Shown here piece after piece: positions 16,401-22,095 of a stretch of 22,095 bases of DNA (its first letter is position 1; each line of letters begins with the position of its first letter). Origin of the DNA: Abditibacteriaceae bacterium (GTDB taxonomy: Bacteria; Armatimonadota; Abditibacteriia; Abditibacteriales; Abditibacteriaceae); assembly GCA_031425655.1 (NCBI GenBank), contig JANPJS010000117.1, forward strand, positions 1 to 22,095, given 5' to 3'. Made by a program: the position numbers and the translations under genes. Under the pieces are notes generated by a model. It worked only from the letters and a program-made list of their open reading frames with translations, was not told the DNA's origin and did no database searches.

Positions 16401-17378
16401 ATGTTTGGAAATGTTCCCCCCTGGGCTTGGATTGGTTTTAATGTTGTTATCTTGGCGTTGCTGTTGCTCGACTTGGGCGTTCTAAACAAGAAATCCCATG
16501 TTGTAGGAATGCGCGAAGCCTTGATGTGGACGGCGGGCTGGATTACGCTGGCGCTGCTTTTTTGCGTCGGAATTTATTTCAAGATGGAAAACGGGCAAAC
16601 GCGCGCCCTTGAATTCCTGACCGGCTATCTCATCGAATACGCGCTCAGCGTGGACAACATTTTCGTGTTCGTGCTGCTGTTTTCCTATTTCAAAGTCGCG
16701 CCCCAATATCAACACAAAGTCTTGTTTTGGGGCATCATGGGCGCTTTGATTATGCGTGCCATCATGATCGTGGCCGGGGTGGCTTTGATTCACCGCTTCG
16801 AGTGGCTCATCTATGTTTTCGGCGCGTTTTTGGTGTTCACCGGCATCAAGCTGGCGTTGCAAAAAGAAGGCGACATCGAACCGGCGGAAAACCCGCTGGT
16901 TAAAGGTGTCCGGCGCTTGATGCCTGTCACCGAGGACTATGAGAACGGCCATTTTTTCGTGATGCGCGAGGGAAAACGCTGGGCAACGCCGCTTTTTATC
17001 GTGCTGCTGATGGTTGAAACCACCGATCTGGTTTTCGCTGTAGATTCGATTCCGGCGATTTTAGCGATTTCTAAAGACCCTTTTGTGGTCTACACTTCCA
17101 ATGTTTTTGCGATTCTTGGACTGCGCTCGCTGTATTTTGCATTAGCCGGGCTGATGGGATTGTTTCACTATTTGAAACTCGGTCTCTCGGTAATTCTGAT
17201 GTTCGTCGGTGTCAAAATGCTGTCGAGCCACTATGTGCATTTGCACCCGGCGGTGTCGCTGGGTGTGATCGTGAGCATTTTAGCTGTTTCGGTTGGCGCC
17301 TCGCTTTGGCGTCCGCGCCACGACCTCGATACCGTCGAAGAAATTCTCAAACACGACGCCGATTCCGGCTCGGAGTAG
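16401..17378 (+). CDS. TerC/Alx family integral membrane protein (metal homeostasis)
   Basis: EYALSVDNIFVF, WGIMGALIMR, ETTDLVFAVDSIPA, TSNVFAILGLRSLYF; multiple TM helices. Confidence 0.93.
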   Translation: MFGNVPPWAWIGFNVVILALLLLDLGVLNKKSHVVGMREALMWTAGWITLALLFCVGIYFKMENGQTRALEFLTGYLIEYALSVDNIFVFVLLFSYFKVAPQYQHKVLFWGIMGALIMRAIMIVAGVALIHRFEWLIYVFGAFLVFTGIKLALQKEGDIEPAENPLVKGVRRLMPVTEDYENGHFFVMREGKRWATPLFIVLLMVETTDLVFAVDSIPAILAISKDPFVVYTSNVFAILGLRSLYFALAGLMGLFHYLKLGLSVILMFVGVKMLSSHYVHLHPAVSLGVIVSILAVSVGASLWRPRHDLDTVEEILKHDADSGSE

Positions 17379-17387
17379 CCGCCTTTC

Positions 17388-18143
17388 ATGCTCACTCTCG
17401 GCTCGGTTCCTTACCTCAACGCGCTGCCGCTTTATCGCACATTAGAAAGCAGCGGCGCGGCGCAGATTATTCGCATCGTTCCTGCCAAACTCGGCGCGCA
17501 TTTGCGTTCGGGCGAATGCATCGCCGCGCTGTTGCCGATTGTAGACCACTTCCGCGACCCGCAATCGTTCCTGGTTTCCGATGCCTGCATCGGCAGCGAT
17601 GGCGCGGTGCGGTCGGTTTTGCTGTTCTCGAAAGTTGCGCCGCGCGCTATTCGCAGCATCGCCGCCGACACGTCTTCGCACACATCCGTCGCGCTTTTGC
17701 GCGTTTTATTGGCCGACGTTTTCGATGCGAATCCGCCTTTCGTTGACCACGCGCCGGAGTTTGAAGCCATGCTCGCCGCGCACGACGCGGCGCTTTTAAT
17801 CGGCGATAAAGCCTTAGAAGCCGCGCAAAATGTGCCGCCAAACGTAACGATTTACGATTTAGGCGCCGAATGGAAGAAATTAACCGGCTTGCCCTTCGTT
17901 TTCGCGGCGTGGATTGCGCGCGAAATCGTGCCGGAAAATCTCGGCGCCATTCTCAGCGCCGCGCGCGACGAAGGCGAAGCGAATCTGCCGCAAATCGTAG
18001 CTGAAAACCCGATTCCCACGCGCCTGTCTCCGTCTCAAATCGAAGATTACCTGCGCCACGCCGTGACGTTTCATCTCGACGCAGCGCATCGCGCCGGATT
18101 AGCGGAGTTTCGCGCGCGGTGTGGGAAGCATGAGCTGATTTAG
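17388..18143 (+). CDS. mqnA: Chorismate dehydratase MqnA (futalosine menaquinone pathway)
   Basis: GSVPYLNALPL, GAVRSVLLFS, SHTSVALL, LLIGDKAL, DLGAEWKKLTGLPFVFAAW. Confidence 0.88.
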   Translation: MLTLGSVPYLNALPLYRTLESSGAAQIIRIVPAKLGAHLRSGECIAALLPIVDHFRDPQSFLVSDACIGSDGAVRSVLLFSKVAPRAIRSIAADTSSHTSVALLRVLLADVFDANPPFVDHAPEFEAMLAAHDAALLIGDKALEAAQNVPPNVTIYDLGAEWKKLTGLPFVFAAWIAREIVPENLGAILSAARDEGEANLPQIVAENPIPTRLSPSQIEDYLRHAVTFHLDAAHRAGLAEFRARCGKHELI

Positions 18144-18157
18144 GCACAGATGACACC

Positions 18158-18580
18158 GTGACTTTAAGTGAATTTGAAGCATGGCTTCTCAAAAATCCAG
18201 AACAATATCTCTCCACAGACCCAATTTCTGTAGATGAGGCTGCTTGTCCTACGCTACCAAGCGTTTATAGGGAATTCTTAAATCGTTTCGGGCCGCTCGT
18301 TCTTTTTGATTATTGTTTTTTGTCGCCATCTCAAATTGTCGAGATAACCAAATTCATCCACGATTTGAGCTATCCAGCAGAAGGAGTGAACTTTCATCAT
18401 TTGACACCTTTTTTCGCGCAAGGCTATGATATGTGCTACCTATGCTTTGATGGCGAGAAAATCGTAGATTTTGACCCATTGGAGCCGAGTTCAATGGAAA
18501 CCATAATTGCCGAGTCATTTGAGGAATTTTTAACCAAGTTTGTGAATGAAAAAGGCGGAGCATTTTGGCTCAACAAATAG
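18158..18580 (+). CDS. SMI1/KNR4 (SUKH) family immunity-like protein
   Basis: LPSVYREFLNRFG and IAESFEEFL motifs; 140 aa; GTG start; clearly more AT-rich than its neighbours. Confidence 0.75.
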   Translation: MTLSEFEAWLLKNPEQYLSTDPISVDEAACPTLPSVYREFLNRFGPLVLFDYCFLSPSQIVEITKFIHDLSYPAEGVNFHHLTPFFAQGYDMCYLCFDGEKIVDFDPLEPSSMETIIAESFEEFLTKFVNEKGGAFWLNK

Positions 18581-18588
18581 GAAGGCAT

Positions 18589-18647
18589 AAACACAGAGGG
18601 CGCAGAGAAATTAAAATCTCTGCGCCCTCCGCGTTCTCTGCGGTGAA
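18589..18647. repeat. Partly eroded CGCAGAG-unit palindrome between convergent genes
   Basis: GAGGGCGCAGAGA (18596-18608) pairs with 18617-18629. The right arm continues to GCGGTGAA and matches the element at 22028-22095; the left arm lacks the outer unit. Confidence 0.9.
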
Positions 18648-18653
18648 TCGAAT

Positions 18654-18791
18654 TCAATTGGTTTTGACTTGGGTCGGATTGATGCTGCCGGTTCCGGCGC
18701 CCCACGGCGTGGTGGAGTTCCAGTAGCGCACGAAAAGAACGCCGCCGATGACCATCAAAACTACTATCACGATGCTGACAATTTTCAACAT
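18654..18791 (-). CDS. Small single-TM membrane protein (45 aa), absent from the ORF track
   Basis: MLKIVSIVIVVLMVIGGVLFVRYWNSTTPWGAGTGSINPTQVKTN*; AGAGGAG SD 10 nt upstream; upstream promoter; downstream hairpin. Confidence 0.7.
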   Translation of the reverse strand: MLKIVSIVIVVLMVIGGVLFVRYWNSTTPWGAGTGSINPTQVKTN

Positions 18792-18845
18792 GACCGATTT
18801 TCTCCTCTTGCGGCGCTGGTAAAGGCTCCGAATTGCTTTACGGCA

Positions 18846-18875
18846 ATTTTAACGGTGCGAGATGGTAATGGTCAA
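18846..18875 (-). promoter_or_regulatory. Candidate sigma70-type promoter of the 45-aa ORF
   Basis: Minus strand reads TTGACC-N18-TAAAAT. Confidence 0.55.
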
Positions 18876-18991
18876 GGCATCGCGCTCATTGGCGCTGTTT
18901 GCGACCTCATTTTGCCTTCCGCAAACAGAAGGTGTGTTATAACAAGCTTAGAATAAAATCTGTCAGTTGTTGGCAATGGGAGTTGATTTCG

Positions 18992-21112
18992 ATGAAACGA
19001 TGGACGGTCTCGATGGTGTTACTGGCGGCTGTAATAAGCGTGCCGCACAGTCGCGTTTTGGCGCAGGCGAAAATAGCGGCGGGAGACACGGCTTCGCAAG
19101 TTGCCGTCACGGTCGAGGGCGACCAAGTGCGCTTCGCATCGCCCATCCCGGTGCAGGAGATGCGTGTGCAAATCGCCACGTTGAAGGGGCAAACCATCTT
19201 CGACAGCGGCGCTGTGGCTAATGCGAACGTAACGTGGAGCGGACGCGATGAGTTCGGCTTATCGGTGGCGGACGGCATCTACCTTTGCACGATTACCGTC
19301 AAAGATCGCACCGGCAAAGTGAGCCATCAAAGCGAATCCGTCGCGGTGCAGAGAAACGCCGCTTCGCCAAACGCACTGTCATCAAACTCGGTGTCGTCAA
19401 ACGCAGCAGCGCCGAGTGCGTCCGGTGTTACGGCAAGTGCAGTAGCCACGCTGACCGGGCAGGGCACCATCGGCAATATTCCCAAATGGGTCGGCATCAA
19501 CGAGTTGGCCGACTCCATCATGACCGAGAAGTCGGGCAAGGTCGGCATCAATAATCCTTCGCCTTCGGCCACTCTGCACATTATCGGTCAGGCCACAGCC
19601 GCCTCTGCCTCAACAGGGAACACGGCGGCGGCGCTGCTGATTATGAGTGGCGGCGCGGGTGGCAACGCGTCTGGCCCTTTTTCCGGTGGCACCGGAGCCG
19701 CCATCAATCTGCGGGCCGGGCCGGGTGGCAATTCGGGGGGCGGCGTCGGTGGAACGGGCGGCACTATTACTTTGATACCGGGGCCGGCGGGCACGGGGGG
19801 CAGTGGCGGCAGTATCGGTCGAGTGCTGCTCGCGCCAAACGGCGGCAACGTCGGCATTGGCACCACATCCCCGTCGTCGCTGCTGACGGTGGCGGGCACC
19901 ATTCAATCCAACAGCGCAAGCGGCAACGGTGTGTCCAGCACCACCAACGGTGGCGGCAGCTTTGCCGGTGTCTATGGCATCAGCACCGGAGCCAGCGGCA
20001 ACGGCGTGATCGGCGAAGCTAACAGCGGCACCGGTGCCTATGGCGTGTGGGGCAAAAGCACCGAGGGCCTCGGTGTGAAGGGCAGCAGCAACAGTGGCAC
20101 CGGCGTAGATGCCCAGAGCAGCAGTGGCAGCGGCGTGAGTAGCAGAAGCATCAGCGGCAACGGTGTGGAGAGCACCAGCAGTAGCGGCGCTGGCGTAAGC
20201 GCCAGCAGCAACACCGGCATCGGCGTGAGGGGCACCAGCACCAGCAGCATTGGCGTGCTGGGCACCCACACCTCTTCCAGCGATGATCCAGGCGTGAAGG
20301 GTATCACTTTTTCAGGAGCTTTCGGTGCGGTTGGAGTGCAAGGCACGGTTGCTTCCACTGGGGCGGGCGGTAGCCCGGCAGGCCCCAGTTCGGCGGGCGT
20401 GCGAGGCACCAACAACGGCGAAGGCACCGACGGCATCGGCGTTTATGGTTCGCAAGACGGCAGCGGCACCGGCGTTTATGGCTATACCCCCAGTGGCAGA
20501 GGCGTCGAGGGTTACAGTCTGAGCGGCACAGGCATTTATGGCGTCACCGGCAGTGGTTTTGCCGGGTTCTTCAGCGGCAAAGTCCAAGTCAATGGCGATC
20601 TGACGGTAACCGGCAATGTGAGCAAAGGCGGCGGGTCATTTAAAATAGACAGTCCTCTCGACCCCGCCAACAAGTATCTGTCGCATTCGTTCGTAGAATC
20701 GCCGGACATGATGAACATCTATAACGGCAACGCGACGCTCGATAAAAAAGGCGCTGCAACCGTTGTTTTGCCGAATTACTTCAACGCGCTCAACAAAGAA
20801 TTCCGCTATCAACTGACTGCGATGGGAGCGCCCGGCCCCAATCTCTACATTGCTCAGGAGATCGCCGGCAACCAATTCAAAATCGCGGGCGGCAAGCCCG
20901 GAACGAAGGTTTCGTGGCAAGTGACGGGCGTTCGGCGGGACGCTTATGCCAACGCGCATCGTATTCCCACCGAAGAACTGAAAACCGGCGCTGAGCGCGG
21001 TCGTTATTTGCACCCGGCGGCGTTCGGACTGCCCGCCGACAAAGGCATCGGATATGCCCCTCGCCCGGAATTGGCAGCAGCCAAATCCAATACGCCGCCG
21101 TCCAAGCCGTAA
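18992..21112 (+). CDS. Large exported Gly/Ser-rich fibre-like protein (FlgD-Ig-like N-domain, VGIGTT.P motifs, GVxG repeats, non-repetitive C-terminal domain)
   Basis: GGGAG SD before ATG 18992; signal peptide; WSGRDEFG..VADGIY; GKVGINNPSP and GNVGIGTTSP; many GV.G/GV.S repeats; C-terminal SFKIDSPLDPANKYLSHSFVESP domain. Confidence 0.8.
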   Translation: MKRWTVSMVLLAAVISVPHSRVLAQAKIAAGDTASQVAVTVEGDQVRFASPIPVQEMRVQIATLKGQTIFDSGAVANANVTWSGRDEFGLSVADGIYLCTITVKDRTGKVSHQSESVAVQRNAASPNALSSNSVSSNAAAPSASGVTASAVATLTGQGTIGNIPKWVGINELADSIMTEKSGKVGINNPSPSATLHIIGQATAASASTGNTAAALLIMSGGAGGNASGPFSGGTGAAINLRAGPGGNSGGGVGGTGGTITLIPGPAGTGGSGGSIGRVLLAPNGGNVGIGTTSPSSLLTVAGTIQSNSASGNGVSSTTNGGGSFAGVYGISTGASGNGVIGEANSGTGAYGVWGKSTEGLGVKGSSNSGTGVDAQSSSGSGVSSRSISGNGVESTSSSGAGVSASSNTGIGVRGTSTSSIGVLGTHTSSSDDPGVKGITFSGAFGAVGVQGTVASTGAGGSPAGPSSAGVRGTNNGEGTDGIGVYGSQDGSGTGVYGYTPSGRGVEGYSLSGTGIYGVTGSGFAGFFSGKVQVNGDLTVTGNVSKGGGSFKIDSPLDPANKYLSHSFVESPDMMNIYNGNATLDKKGAATVVLPNYFNALNKEFRYQLTAMGAPGPNLYIAQEIAGNQFKIAGGKPGTKVSWQVTGVRRDAYANAHRIPTEELKTGAERGRYLHPAAFGLPADKGIGYAPRPELAAAKSNTPPSKP

Positions 21113-21134
21113 CGCGGCGATTTAATCATGAAAA

Positions 21135-21164
21135 GGCCGGGAGCGCATCGCTCCCGGCCCTTTT
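21135..21164 (+). terminator. Intrinsic terminator
   Basis: GGCCGGGAGCG-CAT-CGCTCCCGGCC followed by CTTTT. Confidence 0.8.
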
Positions 21165-21241
21165 GATTTCTTAAAATGGTAGCGCAGGAAATAGGCGTCG
21201 TTTCACATAAACGAAATTCACCTTCCACGAACGCCGTGAGC

Positions 21242-21268
21242 GAACTTCTATGCCGCAGGATGCTCTAA
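21242..21268 (+). promoter_or_regulatory. Candidate ECF-sigma (RpoE/AlgU-like) promoter
   Basis: GAACTT-N16-TCTAA, 44 nt upstream of the dioxygenase ATG. Confidence 0.55.
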
Positions 21269-21312
21269 CGAGTAGATTCCACACGAACGAGCTGCTGCAA
21301 AAGGGATAAATT

Positions 21313-22023
21313 ATGAACTCAAAGCACAACACCGAAAACGTTCCGACGCCAACCGCATCGCGGCCCAGCCGCCGGCACTTTCTGCGACAGCTTGCTTCGG
21401 GCGTTTTGGTGGCGACCGGCAGCGTGGCTTTATGGGATAGATTCGCGTTCGCCGCAGAACTGATTCGCACGCCTCCGCAGATGGAAGGGCCGTTTTATCC
21501 CGATCATCTGCCGCTCGACACCGACAACGACCTGATTATCGTCAGCAAGAGCATCACGCCCGCTGTCGGTGCAATTACGCATCTGAGCGGGCGCATTTTA
21601 GATGCGCGCGGCAATCCTCTCAAAGGCGCGGTTATCGAAATCTGGCAGGTGGATAATCGTGGTGTTTATCTGCACTCCGCCGACTCCGGGAACCGCGAGC
21701 GCGACAAGCATTTTCAGGGCTACGGGCGTTTTGAAACCGGAAAAAGCGGCGAATATCGCTTCCGCACCATCAAACCGGTGCCTTATCCGGGACGCACGCC
21801 GCATATTCACGTCAAAGTCTCGAAAGGCAACAAAGAGCTTCTGACGACGCAGTGCTACATCAAAAACGAGCCGATGAACGCGCGCGACGGCATTTTGATG
21901 GACATCGGCGATTTGCGGCAGCGAAACTCGTTGATCGTGCCTTTCGAGCCGATTAAAAAGTCGCGCATCGGCGAGTTGTCGGCCCGCTTCGACATCGTTT
22001 TAGGCTTCACACCGACCGTTTAA
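21313..22023 (+). CDS. Intradiol ring-cleavage dioxygenase family protein (protocatechuate 3,4-dioxygenase beta-like) with a twin-arginine signal
   Basis: SRRHFL Tat motif, hydrophobic stretch and AFA; EGPFYP; EIWQVDNRGVY; FRTIKPVPYPGRTPHIH. The two Tyr and two His iron ligands appear retained. Confidence 0.9.
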   Translation: MNSKHNTENVPTPTASRPSRRHFLRQLASGVLVATGSVALWDRFAFAAELIRTPPQMEGPFYPDHLPLDTDNDLIIVSKSITPAVGAITHLSGRILDARGNPLKGAVIEIWQVDNRGVYLHSADSGNRERDKHFQGYGRFETGKSGEYRFRTIKPVPYPGRTPHIHVKVSKGNKELLTTQCYIKNEPMNARDGILMDIGDLRQRNSLIVPFEPIKKSRIGELSARFDIVLGFTPTV

Positions 22024-22027
22024 ACTT

Positions 22028-22095
22028 CACCGCAGAGACGCAGAGGGCGCAGAGAAATTTTCTTTTTTCTCTGCGCCCTCTGCGTCTCTGCGGTG
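22028..22095. repeat. Perfect 30-bp palindrome of three CGCAGAG units with CACC...GGTG ends, at the window end
   Basis: 22028-22057 CACCGCAGAGACGCAGAGGGCGCAGAGAAA is the exact reverse complement of 22066-22095, with an 8-nt pyrimidine loop; starts 4 nt after the stop. Confidence 0.96.

Noticed and set aside
18899..18991. Longer starts given in the ORF track (18899; likewise 9601, 10361, 4570, 9302)
   Set aside because: Downstream ATGs have SD motifs and, for the exported proteins, place the signal peptide at the N-terminus.
18992..21112. Prophage or tailocin locus
   Set aside because: Single gene with a signal peptide, its own SD and terminator; no phage structural or lysis genes.
264..21844. 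Numerous antisense or frame-shifted ORFs overlapping the called genes (e.g. 1927-2649, 15385-16008, 19610-20269)
   Set aside because: Shadow ORFs expected in GC-rich DNA; no recognisable motifs and each overlaps a well-supported gene.
1..22095. CRISPR array interpretation of the repeats
   Set aside because: There are no 23-47-nt direct repeats separated by unique spacers and no cas genes; the repeats are isolated hairpins of 7-9-nt units.

Overview
Bacterial chromosomal segment, GC-rich overall, probably a whole contig because both ends lie inside palindromic repeats. The left half is a minus-strand yceD-rpmF-plsX-fabH-fabD-fabG-acpP fatty-acid cluster, interrupted between fabH and fabD by a secreted six-repeat protein and a SAM methyltransferase. 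Next come a secreted Tyr-Pro-repeat protein and a DUF151 nuclease (minus strand). The plus strand then carries a LolA-like protein, a PQQ-type beta-propeller protein, dprA, topA, a TerC-family gene, mqnA, an AT-rich orphan SMI1/KNR4 gene, a large secreted fibre-like protein and a Tat-signal intradiol dioxygenase. An uncalled 45-aa membrane ORF lies on the minus strand. The most striking unexplained structure is a set of nine intergenic hairpins whose arms are built from short tandem 7-9-nt units of several unrelated sequences. Each starts at, overlaps or lies within about 10 nt of a stop codon, several sit inside operons and run up to the next start codon, and variant units are mirrored between arms. 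No transposase, integrase, CRISPR array, tRNA or rRNA was seen. All calls are by eye from motifs; no database searches were run.
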